64,000 nt of DNA from Terriglobia bacterium. GTDB lineage: Bacteria; Acidobacteriota; Terriglobia; 20CM-2-55-15. A program made the translations under genes and the position numbers. Location: NCBI GenBank assembly GCA_965218585.1, contig CBDCLE010000003.1:224001-288000 (forward strand), written 5' to 3'. This document shows positions 51,395 through 61,084 of this stretch, piece after piece; position 1 is the stretch's first letter, and each line of letters opens with the position of its first letter. A model generated the notes under the pieces. That model worked only from the letters and a program-made list of their open reading frames with translations, was not told the DNA's origin and made no database searches.

Positions 51395-52234
51395 ATGGCC
51401 TGGTTCAAAAGGGACAAGAAGTCCATCGAAGTCGGTGAAGAACGGAAAGGCATTCCGGAGGGCCTCTGGCAGAAGTGCGTCAACTGCAAGGAGCCGGTCT
51501 GGAAGAAGGACATCGACGAGAATTTCCAGGTGTGTCCTAAATGCAATCATCACTATAAGATCGGTGCCGTTGAACGATTGAACCTCTTGTTCGATGGTTC
51601 CTGGAAGGAACTGGATGAAGGGCTGTTCTCGACCGATCCCCTCAACTTTACCGCTGCCAAACCATACAAAGAGATGCTCGATCAACTTTCGAAGAAATCT
51701 GGGCCGTTGGAAGCCGTCGTTACCGGTTACGGACGGATTGGAAAGCACGACCTGGTGGCCGCTGCGATGGAGTACGGGTTCATCGGCGGATCGATGGGTT
51801 CTGTCGTTGGCGAGAAAATTACGCGAGCTATAGAGCATGCCCTTCGTAAACGGTCGTCACTGGTGATCGTTTCCTGTTCCGGTGGCGCGCGCATGCAGGA
51901 AGGAGCCTTGAGCTTGATGCAGATGGCTAAGATTTCGGCCGCCCTTTCAAGACTCCACCGCGAGAAACTGCCCTACATTTCACTTCTGACAGATCCAACG
52001 ACAGGCGGCGTGTCGGCCAGCTTTGCCATGCTGGGCGACCTGAATATTGCTGAACCGCGAGCTCTGATCGGTTTCGCAGGCCCTCGGGTCATCGAACAAA
52101 CCATCCGGCAGACGCTTCCCGATGGATTCCAACGGAGCGAGTTCCTGCTTCAGCACGGCATGTTGGACGCAATCGTCGAACGGGGGACGCTGCCAGAATA
52201 CCTGGTTCGTTCCCTGAATTTTTTCACCGCCTAG
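51395..52234 (+). CDS. accD: Acetyl-CoA carboxylase carboxyltransferase beta subunit
   Basis: WQKC..C..VCPKC zinc finger; GGSMGSVVGEK, SGGARMQEG, PTTGGVSAS and IGFAGPRVI motifs. Confidence 0.97.
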   Translation: MAWFKRDKKSIEVGEERKGIPEGLWQKCVNCKEPVWKKDIDENFQVCPKCNHHYKIGAVERLNLLFDGSWKELDEGLFSTDPLNFTAAKPYKEMLDQLSKKSGPLEAVVTGYGRIGKHDLVAAAMEYGFIGGSMGSVVGEKITRAIEHALRKRSSLVIVSCSGGARMQEGALSLMQMAKISAALSRLHREKLPYISLLTDPTTGGVSASFAMLGDLNIAEPRALIGFAGPRVIEQTIRQTLPDGFQRSEFLLQHGMLDAIVERGTLPEYLVRSLNFFTA

Positions 52235-52253
52235 TAGATTCCACGGACCACCG

Positions 52254-53534
52254 ATGGACGACGCGGATATTCGACATCTCTTTTCGCTTCGTAACGAGTA
52301 TCGATCGCTTCGTTACGATCTCAGAAATACTCAGATTCTGTGTGAGGAACTTGGGAATCCTCACACCGGTTTTCAACCAATACTGATTGCCGGAACAAAC
52401 GGGAAGGGATCCGTCGCGCGTTTGCTTGCCGAAATGGTGCCAGAGGCTGGGTTGTTCGTGTCGCCGCACCTTGAGCGGCTGAACGAACGTATTTCCATTG
52501 GTGGGAAAGAAATCGACGACTCCGAACTCGACCGCGTGCTGACCAGGGTTCGCCAGGCAGCTTCCGACGCCGAGTCACGATTGCTGTATCCCCCGACATA
52601 TTTTGAACTCGTCACGGTGGCGGCTTTCGAATACTTCAATCGACGCGTTAGCTATGCTGTGATCGAGGTGGGTCTCGGCGGGAGGCTTGACGCCACGAAT
52701 GTCCTCTCCCAGGACGTTTCCGTAATTACCAACATCGGTTATGACCACCAGGAGTATCTGGGATCTACGCTTGAAGAGATAGCGGCGGAGAAGGCCGGGA
52801 TCATCAAGTCCTCGGAGCCGGTCGTCCTCGGCACCGACTGTAACTTCCAGCCTATCCAGATCCGGGCAGGTGGACGGTCCGTGGATGCCGCCCGGTTGAA
52901 GACCCGGATCCGAGCGAGAGGAGAGGGTCTCTTCCGAGTTGATCTGGAGACGCCTATCCGCACCTACAGGGACCTCTGCCCCCAACTCCCCGGCCGTCAC
53001 CAAATCGAGAACCTGAAGGTGGCTGTTCGAGCGGCTGAGTGCCTGGAGGAGCGGGGTTGGCCAATTGATGCCGGACGGATCGAACGAGGTACGAATGAGG
53101 CCACGTGGCCGGGACGGTTGGAACGATTTTCCGAGAACCCGATGTTCCTTGTCGACGGTGGGCATAACATTGCTGCCGCCGAAGCCCTCGGTCGATATCT
53201 TGAAGAAAATATTTTCGGAAAAGTCTGGCTGATTTTTGGAGGAATGAGGGAGAAGGATTGCGTGGCGATGATCGAGGCTCTCAGGCCTCACGCCAAACGC
53301 CTGATTTTAACCAGGCCCACGAGTACGCGTTCGGCCGATCCACACAGCTTGAGCCTCCATTTCCCGGACGCCGTGATTGTCGACGCCGTCGAAGACGCCG
53401 TCTCTTATGCCAGAGGTCATGCAACTCCGGAAGAGACAGTCCTGGTAACCGGTTCGCTCTATCTTGTGGGCGAAGCCCGGGCTGTTCTCGAGGGTCGCTC
53501 GAAAAGGGAAGTTTCGGAGCAGACGGTTAAATGA
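52254..53534 (+). CDS. folC: Bifunctional folylpolyglutamate synthase/dihydrofolate synthase
   Basis: AGTNGKGS, SPHL, EVGLGGRLDATN, WPGRLE, DGGHN and TGSLYLVG motifs; follows accD. Confidence 0.95.
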   Translation: MDDADIRHLFSLRNEYRSLRYDLRNTQILCEELGNPHTGFQPILIAGTNGKGSVARLLAEMVPEAGLFVSPHLERLNERISIGGKEIDDSELDRVLTRVRQAASDAESRLLYPPTYFELVTVAAFEYFNRRVSYAVIEVGLGGRLDATNVLSQDVSVITNIGYDHQEYLGSTLEEIAAEKAGIIKSSEPVVLGTDCNFQPIQIRAGGRSVDAARLKTRIRARGEGLFRVDLETPIRTYRDLCPQLPGRHQIENLKVAVRAAECLEERGWPIDAGRIERGTNEATWPGRLERFSENPMFLVDGGHNIAAAEALGRYLEENIFGKVWLIFGGMREKDCVAMIEALRPHAKRLILTRPTSTRSADPHSLSLHFPDAVIVDAVEDAVSYARGHATPEETVLVTGSLYLVGEARAVLEGRSKREVSEQTVK

Positions 53535-53581
53535 CCTGTACCACCCATAGTGGTCCCAACATGGGTGGTACAGGTCACTAG
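53532..53581. repeat. Palindromic element with a 17-bp perfect inverted repeat
   Basis: tgacctgtaccacccat-agtggtcccaac-atgggtggtacaggtca; the first TGA is the folC stop codon. Confidence 0.88.
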
Positions 53582-53634
53582 ATGAGGGCGGAGGGTTGAT
53601 CGGCCCGAGTACCCTTAATGGCGCAAGAACACAA

Positions 53635-53981
53635 ATGGCGCAAGAACACATCAAGCTGACCCGGTTCGCGATTTTATCTCTCAGGCTTCCATTCATATTC
53701 CTGGCAACAGCAGCCTTTGGGTCGGTGTCGCTCCTCGGGTCTCTATGGGATCGGAAGGGGCGGTTCCAGCACATGTGCTCCAGAGCATGGTCGCGCGTGG
53801 TGCTGCTTCTTTCCGGAGTTCGGTTGGCGATCGACGGTCTGGATCACCTCAAAGCAAAAATATGTGCATTGGGGGTGCGGTAGAGGTGACAATCGACCGG
53901 CCTGTTGCGTCAAATACAATGACGCCCGATGAGGTGGCGGGTAAAGTCCGGGAAGTTATGGTGCGTCGATTCGAAGCGTAG
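53635..53981 (+). pseudogene. Internally deleted lysophospholipid (PlsC-like) acyltransferase remnant
   Basis: N-terminal piece (..GRFQHMCSRAWSRVVLLLSGVRLAIDGLDHL) and, in another frame, a C-terminal piece (GAVEVTIDRPV..EVAGKVREVM); the catalytic NHxSxxD and FPEG core is absent. Confidence 0.65.
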
Positions 53982-54002
53982 TGTTCTGCCACGGACTGCT
54001 AT

Positions 54003-54728
54003 ATGAAGAAACCCTGGATTGGTATACCCACACAGTGCGACGAGGAAAATGGACGATACGGGCAGGACCGCCGCTATCTTGATGCTATCGAGTGGGCGGG
54101 AGGTCTGCCCTTGCTGATCCCGGTTCTGGGAGACACCGATGTGATTCGTAGTTATGCAGACCGGATCGACGGTCTGCTGTTGCCGGGAAGTTCGAATGAT
54201 GTCGATCCTGTAAATTACGATAGCGAACCTCACGAGCGAATCGGCCGGATATTCAGCGAAAGGGATCGATTGGACTTCACTCTGCTCGATATTGCTGACA
54301 ACCGAAATGTTCCCGTACTTGGGATATGCTACGGCGCACAGAGTCTCAATGTATTTCGGGGAGGTTCGCTGATTCAGGACATTCCATCCGAGATTCCAAA
54401 CGCTGTCTCTCACGACCGTGAAGGTCCACCCGAAGAAATCAAATCTCACGTGGTTCACGTCGAGCCCGAGAGTCAACTCGAAGGGGTCCTTCAAAGAGGG
54501 GAAGTCCAGGTGAACAGCTACCATCATCAGTCGATCGGCGAGCCGGGTCGTGATCTGCGGGTCGTTGCCATCGCGCCGGATGGAGTCGTCGAAGCGGTCG
54601 AAGACACGGGTAACCGGCTGGTCCTCGGCGTACAGTGGCATCCGGAGACGGGATGGCGCAGCGACCCCCTTGCAGGAGCTTTGTTCTCGGCTCTAGTGGA
54701 ATCCGCTATAATTGGTGATTCACCATGA
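54003..54728 (+). CDS. Peptidase C26 / gamma-glutamyl-gamma-aminobutyrate hydrolase family
   Basis: DGLLLPG, PVLGICYG.Q, VNSYHHQ and GVQWHPE motifs. Confidence 0.92.
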   Translation: MKKPWIGIPTQCDEENGRYGQDRRYLDAIEWAGGLPLLIPVLGDTDVIRSYADRIDGLLLPGSSNDVDPVNYDSEPHERIGRIFSERDRLDFTLLDIADNRNVPVLGICYGAQSLNVFRGGSLIQDIPSEIPNAVSHDREGPPEEIKSHVVHVEPESQLEGVLQRGEVQVNSYHHQSIGEPGRDLRVVAIAPDGVVEAVEDTGNRLVLGVQWHPETGWRSDPLAGALFSALVESAIIGDSP

Positions 54729-55474
54729 GAAAAACTTATCTGTTGTCTGCATTTGCCTTAGGCTTAGGGGCCGTGCTACTGGTCCAGCCAAACGTGTCCT
54801 GGGCTCAGGAAGACGCTCGAGCGGTCTTGGATAGGGCCATAGAAACGCTGGGAGGCGAGACCTATCTGAACGTGACCGACATGGAAACCGACGGGCGCCT
54901 CTATCAGTTCCAACGGGGGGAACTCGTCGGGGCGGAGGTTTTTGCGGACTACGTTCAGTATCCGGACAAAGAACGAACAGAATTCGGGGAAGACGGCGAC
55001 ATTGTTCGCATTAACAATGGGCCGTCCGCAGGTTGGAACATAAACGACGGTGAAGTCGAAGAGCAACTCGAAGAACAGATGGAGGTTTTTTGGGAAGAAT
55101 TCAAGGTGAGCCTGGACCACGTGCTTCGTGTAGCCGTAGATCAGCCCGATACGACGCTCCAATACATCGGCCGTGAAATGATCGACTTCAAAAGAGTGGA
55201 CGTTCTGGAAATCCGTGACGAGGATCGAACCCGTATCAATCTCTACATCGATCGCGAAAGCGGGATTCTCATGAAGAAGACTGTGAGGCGTATCGACGAC
55301 CCCAGAATTCATGAAGAGGTTTACAGCAACTACCACGAGTTTCAGGGCGTACTGACCCCGTTGCTCATTGATCGGTATACCGATGGCCTCAAGACGCAGC
55401 AGATCCGATTCGACAACGTGTCCTACGATACTAATCCTCCGGACCGGTTGTTTACGGCGATGGTGGATGAATAG
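54725..55474 (+). CDS. Exported hypothetical protein, possibly LolA-like fold
   Basis: Signal peptide; A..VLDRAIETLGG, LYID..SG.L and YSNY..FQGV..P patterns. Confidence 0.55.
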   Translation: MRKTYLLSAFALGLGAVLLVQPNVSWAQEDARAVLDRAIETLGGETYLNVTDMETDGRLYQFQRGELVGAEVFADYVQYPDKERTEFGEDGDIVRINNGPSAGWNINDGEVEEQLEEQMEVFWEEFKVSLDHVLRVAVDQPDTTLQYIGREMIDFKRVDVLEIRDEDRTRINLYIDRESGILMKKTVRRIDDPRIHEEVYSNYHEFQGVLTPLLIDRYTDGLKTQQIRFDNVSYDTNPPDRLFTAMVDE

Positions 55475-55480
55475 CGCTTG

Positions 55481-56017
55481 ATGTCCTCCCAGACGCACTC
55501 CACCACCATCATCTGTGTCCGCAAGGACGGCAAAGTCGCTCTCGCCGGCGACGGTCAGGTCACTCTGGGCGACACGGTGATCAAACACGGTGCGAAGAAG
55601 ATCCGCCGCCTGTTTAACGATCGGATACTGGCGGCCTTTGCGGGTTCCTCGGCCGACAGTTTTGCCCTGTTTTCGAGATTCGAATCGAAACTGGAACAGT
55701 TTCAGGGGAACCTCGGCCGTGCCGCAGTCGAACTCGCCCGGGACTGGCGAACGGACAAGAGCCTGCGCCATTTGGAGGCCGTGATGATTGTGGCCGACGA
55801 AAAGATTACGTTCTTGATTTCTGGCACAGGAGACTTGATCGAGCCCGATGACGGCATGTTGGGTATAGGGTCCGGAGGGGCATACGCGCTCGCCGCGGCT
55901 CGAGCTCTGTCCAGCTTCTCTGATCTCGAGGCTCGTCAAATTGCTGAAGAAGCGCTCAAGATTGCAGCCGACATCTGTATCTATACGAATACCAGTGTGA
56001 CTGTCGAAGAACTCTAA
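55481..56017 (+). CDS. hslV: ATP-dependent protease peptidase subunit
   Basis: [35 protein letters not shown] and ICIYTN motifs. Confidence 0.97.
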   Translation: MSSQTHSTTIICVRKDGKVALAGDGQVTLGDTVIKHGAKKIRRLFNDRILAAFAGSSADSFALFSRFESKLEQFQGNLGRAAVELARDWRTDKSLRHLEAVMIVADEKITFLISGTGDLIEPDDGMLGIGSGGAYALAAARALSSFSDLEARQIAEEALKIAADICIYTNTSVTVEEL

Positions 56018-56040
56018 ACGGGAGACACTTCCACTCTTTC

Positions 56041-57426
56041 ATGTTTGCATACGACGCAGCGCCGACACCGCACCTTGACGACCTGACTCCGAGGGAGACT
56101 GTTCGGGAGCTGGACAAATACGTCATCGGACAGGCCGCAGCGAAGCGAGCTGTTGCCATCGCATTGCGTAACAGGGTGCGCCGCCAGAAGCTTGCGCCCG
56201 AGATGGCTGAAGAGGTCATGCCCAAGAACATCATCATGATTGGGCCCACCGGAGTAGGGAAAACGGAAGTGGCTCGCCGCCTGGCCAAGCTTGCGAATTC
56301 TCCGTTTTTGAAAGTTGAGGCTTCCAAATTCACTGAAGTGGGCTATGTCGGGCGTGATGTCGAATCGATGATCCGGGATCTGGTTGAAATTTCGATTGAG
56401 ATGGTTCGCAACGAGAAAATCGAAGAGGTTGCCGAGAAAGCGGAACTCAATGCCGAGGAGAGAATTCTGGATCTCCTGTTGCCACCTATGCCGATCAGTT
56501 CCAGTGAGACAGACGTCGAAGAGCGGGAGCGGAATGCTGAACAGTGGAATCGAACTCGCGAAAAATTACGGTCTCAACTTCGAGACGGAAAGCTGGACGA
56601 CCGTACTGTTGAAGTCGAAGTGAAAGAACGGAATTTCCCGGCCTTTGAGGTCATATCCAACAGCGGTATCGAAGAGATGGATATCAATCTTAAGGATATC
56701 CTTCCCGGTTTTCTGGGTCAGCGAACGAAGAAGAGAAAGATGAAAGTGGCCGAAGCCATTGAATACCTCATCCAGGAAGAAGAACAAAAGCTCGTTGATA
56801 TGGAGCAGGTCAACCGGATCGCAGTCGAACGTGTGGAAAACAACGGTATCGTTTTTCTCGACGAGATTGACAAGATTGCGGGGCGCGAGTCCGGGCATGG
56901 ACCCGACGTGAGTCGCGAAGGCGTTCAACGGGACATCCTGCCTATTGTTGAGGGCACAACGATCAACACTCGGTACGGCATGATTCGGACCGACCACATT
57001 CTCTTCGTCGCGGCCGGGGCTTTCCACGTGAGTAAACCCTCCGACCTGATCCCGGAGTTGCAGGGCCGGTTTCCCATTCGCGTCGAATTGGAATCACTTT
57101 CGGTTGAAGATTTCGTCCGGATTCTCACCGAGCCGCAGAACGCACTGATCAAGCAGTACCGGGCACTAATGGAGACCGAAGGGATTCGGTTGTCGTTCAC
57201 CGATGAAGCCGTTTTCGAGATCGCCAGATTCGCGGCCCTGGTAAATGAAAACACCGAAAATATAGGCGCTCGACGTCTCCACACGATCATGGAAAAACTC
57301 CTGGACGAACTATCGTTTGAGGGGCCCGACCTGACCGAGAAGAACGTCAATGTAGATGCGGCCTACGTCGGGAAAATGCTCAACGAGATCGTTAAGGACC
57401 AGGACTTGAGCCGCTACATTCTGTAG
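56041..57426 (+). CDS. hslU: ATP-dependent protease ATPase subunit
   Basis: [32 protein letters not shown] and NIGARRL motifs; C-terminal SRYIL. Confidence 0.97.
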   Translation: MFAYDAAPTPHLDDLTPRETVRELDKYVIGQAAAKRAVAIALRNRVRRQKLAPEMAEEVMPKNIIMIGPTGVGKTEVARRLAKLANSPFLKVEASKFTEVGYVGRDVESMIRDLVEISIEMVRNEKIEEVAEKAELNAEERILDLLLPPMPISSSETDVEERERNAEQWNRTREKLRSQLRDGKLDDRTVEVEVKERNFPAFEVISNSGIEEMDINLKDILPGFLGQRTKKRKMKVAEAIEYLIQEEEQKLVDMEQVNRIAVERVENNGIVFLDEIDKIAGRESGHGPDVSREGVQRDILPIVEGTTINTRYGMIRTDHILFVAAGAFHVSKPSDLIPELQGRFPIRVELESLSVEDFVRILTEPQNALIKQYRALMETEGIRLSFTDEAVFEIARFAALVNENTENIGARRLHTIMEKLLDELSFEGPDLTEKNVNVDAAYVGKMLNEIVKDQDLSRYIL

Positions 57427-57438
57427 CCGAACTTCCCG

Positions 57439-58410
57439 GTGAGAACACGATCCATTCCAGCCCCGTTGAGGGTTTGGCCAACCTGTATCCTGGTTGTCTT
57501 GACCGGACTCGGATGCGGAAAGGTGGGCGATCCCCTGCCTCCCTTTGTAAGCATTCCAGAGATTGCCGGTGACTTTGCGGTCGAACAGGTGGGCTACGGA
57601 CTTCTTTTTTCGTGGACCAATCCTTCCAGAAACGTTGACCAGTCGGCTTCTATCGACCTGGACAGAGCCTTAATCCGGGAAAATGAAACTGTGGTTGCCG
57701 ACCTTGCCGTATCCGGACCTGGCGAGAGGCAGTCGGAGACGTTGGATGCGAGGGATCTGGTGGGGTCCACGCGGGAGTACACGATCTCTTTCGAGACCCT
57801 CTCCCAGAGAGTTTCCGCACCGTCTTCCCCCGTTCGAGTGACCGTCATCGAAGTCCCGGGGCCCGGCACAAGTGTACGTGCTACGGTTGATCAGAACCGA
57901 ATTCTTCTGGAGTGGGACCCACCTCGAAACGGTGCCCAGATCACGGACGGTTATCGTGTCTATCGTTCTGACGAGACCATCACCGGCGATGCTCCATTGA
58001 GCGCCCGCCGTTTTGAAGATACCCGCTACGTGGAGGGTGAGACCTATACTTATACCGTTTTACCTTTGCGTCTCGGTGGGTCGGGTCTGATGATATCCGG
58101 TTTGTCTTATGACGCTCTGTCCGTGACGGCAGTTGACGTCACGCCTCCAGAGGCTCCTACGGGTCTTTCGCTGACGCCCTTTGCGGGCGGTGTCTTCGTC
58201 CGCTGGCAATCCAATCCTGAACTCGACGTCGTGCGGTATAACGTATTCAGACGTGACAACCCCGGTGGAGAATTCCGTAGTGTGAGCCCTCCCGAACAAG
58301 CCACAAACGCCTTTCAAGACGCTGAATATCAACCCGGCTTCGTTTACTCGGTCACCGCCTTGGACCGATCAGGAAACGAGAGCGAGCTTTCGATATCGAT
58401 CAATGAATGA
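57439..58410 (+). CDS. Fibronectin type III domain lipoprotein
   Basis: LGCGKVGDPLPP lipobox; W..P..GYRVYR, YTYTV, D.TPP.AP.GL and YSVTALD.SGNES motifs. Confidence 0.8.
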   Translation: MRTRSIPAPLRVWPTCILVVLTGLGCGKVGDPLPPFVSIPEIAGDFAVEQVGYGLLFSWTNPSRNVDQSASIDLDRALIRENETVVADLAVSGPGERQSETLDARDLVGSTREYTISFETLSQRVSAPSSPVRVTVIEVPGPGTSVRATVDQNRILLEWDPPRNGAQITDGYRVYRSDETITGDAPLSARRFEDTRYVEGETYTYTVLPLRLGGSGLMISGLSYDALSVTAVDVTPPEAPTGLSLTPFAGGVFVRWQSNPELDVVRYNVFRRDNPGGEFRSVSPPEQATNAFQDAEYQPGFVYSVTALDRSGNESELSISINE

Positions 58411-58506
58411 TTCTTCGAAAATTGGGTAGAATAGGCGTGAGGGCCTACGATCAAGCAACCATCCCGCAGCCCACCGGCGAGGAGCTGCAGAAGGAGGATC
58501 CGGGAC

Positions 58507-59163
58507 ATGAAATTCTTCCTCGACACAGCCAACCTGGACGAAATCCGCGAGGCCGCCAGTACGGGTATTCTGGACGGCGTTACGACTAACCCCTCCCTGA
58601 TTGCGAAGGAAGGGAATGATTTTGAAGACCAGTTGCTCAAGATCTGCTCGGTAGTCGATGGTCCCGTAAGTGCCGAGGCCGTCAGTCTAGAGGCCACAGG
58701 CATGATCGAGGAAGGCCGTAGTCTCGCGCGGGTCCATCCCAACATCATCGTCAAGTTTCCCTTTACGATGGAGGGTCTCAAGGCTACTAAGACGTTGAGC
58801 GACGAAAACATCGGGGTCAATGTGACTCTGGTGTTCTCAGCGCCACAGGCCATAATGGCAGCCAAGGCTGGCGCCCGCTTCGTCAGCCCGTTCGTTGGTC
58901 GGCTGGACGATATTTCTCAGGAAGGAATGTCGTTAATCGCCGATATCGTCACAATATTCGACAACTACGATTACAGTACCGAAGTCCTGACGGCTTCGAT
59001 TCGAGGTCCGATGCATCTGGTCCAGGCAGCCCGACTCGGTGCGGACGTCTGCACGATACCCTTCAAGGTTTTCGTTCAACTTATGAAGCATCCCTTGACT
59101 GATATAGGAATAGAACGCTTCCTGAAAGACTGGGAAAAGATGCAGGTACCGGTAGAAAAGTAG
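58507..59163 (+). CDS. tal: Short-type transaldolase (FSA/TalC family, transaldolase-type residues)
   Basis: FFLDTAN, GVTTNPS, VSAE, VK, NVTL.FS and SPFVGR motifs; the Glu/Phe pair is transaldolase-type rather than the Gln/Tyr of FSA. Confidence 0.9.
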   Translation: MKFFLDTANLDEIREAASTGILDGVTTNPSLIAKEGNDFEDQLLKICSVVDGPVSAEAVSLEATGMIEEGRSLARVHPNIIVKFPFTMEGLKATKTLSDENIGVNVTLVFSAPQAIMAAKAGARFVSPFVGRLDDISQEGMSLIADIVTIFDNYDYSTEVLTASIRGPMHLVQAARLGADVCTIPFKVFVQLMKHPLTDIGIERFLKDWEKMQVPVEK

Positions 59164-59206
59164 TTTCGCCGTTCAGTCGGAAGTTAAGCACAACATCTGT
59201 GAAGCG

Positions 59207-61084
59207 ATGGCAATGCGAGTGTTAGCTACCCTGGCGGCGTTGCTGCTGGGGGTCAACGCGGCCAGGGCCCAGGAGCGGTGGCTTGAACTGCGTTCCGAGC
59301 ACTACACGTTTGTTGGTAACGTCGATGACGATGACCTCCTGGATGTAGCGACACGCCTTGAGGCCTTTCACTCAGGAGTGTCAGAGCTCTTCAGCAATCG
59401 TCAGTATCCCCAGCTGGGCCCCTTGACGGTGATAGTCGTAGATGACGACGATCAGCTGGAAGAACTGGGTCTGGAAGGCAGCGATGGATACTTCCTACCC
59501 GACGAGGATGAAGACTATGTTGCTACGCGAACGGAATCTAATCGCCGGAGACCTTTCGATATCGTCTTTCATGATTATTTTCATAAGATCGCTGATCGGA
59601 GTATTCCAAACGCTCCGCTGTGGCTTGTTGAGGGCCTGGCCCAGTTCTACCAGACCGTTGTATGGTCGGCGGACGGCGGACAACTTCAGATTGGACGTCC
59701 AATCGATTCCCTGGTGAGGCTTGTCCGCGATGAGGAAGCCCGGCTGACCTTCGATGAGCTTTTCGCCCTCGGCCCCGATTCGAGTTCTTATGATGAGGCC
59801 CGGAGGGAAGACATCTTCCACGCCCAGACGTGGGCCTTCGTTCACTTCCTCATGACCCGGAACCAGGGACAGAGTTATGCTGGGATGATACGTTTCGTTC
59901 GGCTGATGGCTTCGGGAGACTCTTTCGAGGAAGCCGTAGATGATGCGTTCGAATTGAACTTTCGAACCTTGCTCGGCGAATTCGAAAACAACGTGGCGCA
60001 GCGCGGAACGTATCCCTACCTTACCTTGGCGGTGGAAAACTCATCGCGTGGCGTCGGTCCCGCTGAGCCGGTTGGAATTTCTCCGGCCGAAACCGAGACA
60101 CAGCTCGCGGAGTTGTTGATTCACCAGGGAGCGCTGGAGGAGGCGGAGCAGCGCCTCCAACAGGCGATTGAAATGGATTTCGGCGCCACAGCCCCCAGGG
60201 TTGTGATGGGGCGACTCCTGATCGACCAAGCTCGATTTGAGGAAGCCCGGGTCGGTCTGGAACCCCTCGTAGGCGGAAGCAATACCGATTCTCTAAGCCA
60301 CTACTACTATGCGCTTTCACTCCTTGGCCCTGGACTCACCGGTTCCGAGTCACTGGAAGAAGTCAGACGAGAGTTGCGCGAGGCGATCCGATTGGATCCC
60401 CGGTTTGCGGACAGCTACCACGAATTGGCGCTCAGTTACCTGAATGCGAATGAAAACCTGGACGAAGCTGCCGAGCTTTTGGACACTGCACTGGAACTCA
60501 GGCCCCGCGATCCCGATTTCCGGATCAGCCTTGGCCAGGTCTTCATTGAACAGGAACGCTTCAACGATGTTCGAACGCTTCTCACCCCGATGGTTGACGG
60601 GATCGAGCTTCCGGACATACAGAACCGGGCGCGGTCTATCCTGCAATCGATCGAGGGCCTGGAAGGTAGTCGTGGTGTGATCGGAGATGGTTTTACCGAG
60701 ATCACGCGGGCTGATCCGGAGCCCGGCGAACTCGAAGAGGTTAACCCGGAAGGTTCCCAAGAGCCGTCTGCCGCGAGTGTGGGATTCGACCGGTTCGAGT
60801 TGACCCGCATCGTGTCGGGTCAACAGCAAGAAGGCCTCCTGAGCCTGATCGATTGCCGGGAAGGCCTGACGCTGACGCTGGAAGCCGATTCGGGCACCTA
60901 TCTGTTTCATACCGATTCTCCAGAGAGGGTTGAGTTTGCCACCTTCACTTCTGACGTCGGCGCCGAGGTGCGTTGCGGGCCTTTGGATCCGCCAGTTTCC
61001 GTCGTCATTACCTTCAATGAAGCTCCTGAAGGTAGCGAGTTCGCCGGCTCACCGGATAAAGTCGAATTCGTAGAGGGTCAATGA
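59207..61084 (+). CDS. Exported TPR protein with a degenerate zincin-like (DUF1570-like) N-terminal domain
   Basis: W.ELRSEHY, VFHDYFH..PLWLVEGLAQFY, YAQ/HAQ-type TWAFVHFL motif, then TPRs. Confidence 0.7.
   Translation: MAMRVLATLAALLLGVNAARAQERWLELRSEHYTFVGNVDDDDLLDVATRLEAFHSGVSELFSNRQYPQLGPLTVIVVDDDDQLEELGLEGSDGYFLPDEDEDYVATRTESNRRRPFDIVFHDYFHKIADRSIPNAPLWLVEGLAQFYQTVVWSADGGQLQIGRPIDSLVRLVRDEEARLTFDELFALGPDSSSYDEARREDIFHAQTWAFVHFLMTRNQGQSYAGMIRFVRLMASGDSFEEAVDDAFELNFRTLLGEFENNVAQRGTYPYLTLAVENSSRGVGPAEPVGISPAETETQLAELLIHQGALEEAEQRLQQAIEMDFGATAPRVVMGRLLIDQARFEEARVGLEPLVGGSNTDSLSHYYYALSLLGPGLTGSESLEEVRRELREAIRLDPRFADSYHELALSYLNANENLDEAAELLDTALELRPRDPDFRISLGQVFIEQERFNDVRTLLTPMVDGIELPDIQNRARSILQSIEGLEGSRGVIGDGFTEITRADPEPGELEEVNPEGSQEPSAASVGFDRFELTRIVSGQQQEGLLSLIDCREGLTLTLEADSGTYLFHTDSPERVEFATFTSDVGAEVRCGPLDPPVSVVITFNEAPEGSEFAGSPDKVEFVEGQ

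Noticed and set aside
58507-59163. Fructose-6-phosphate aldolase (fsa) call
   Set aside because: It has the Glu (SAE) and Phe (SPF) residues of true transaldolases rather than Gln and Tyr
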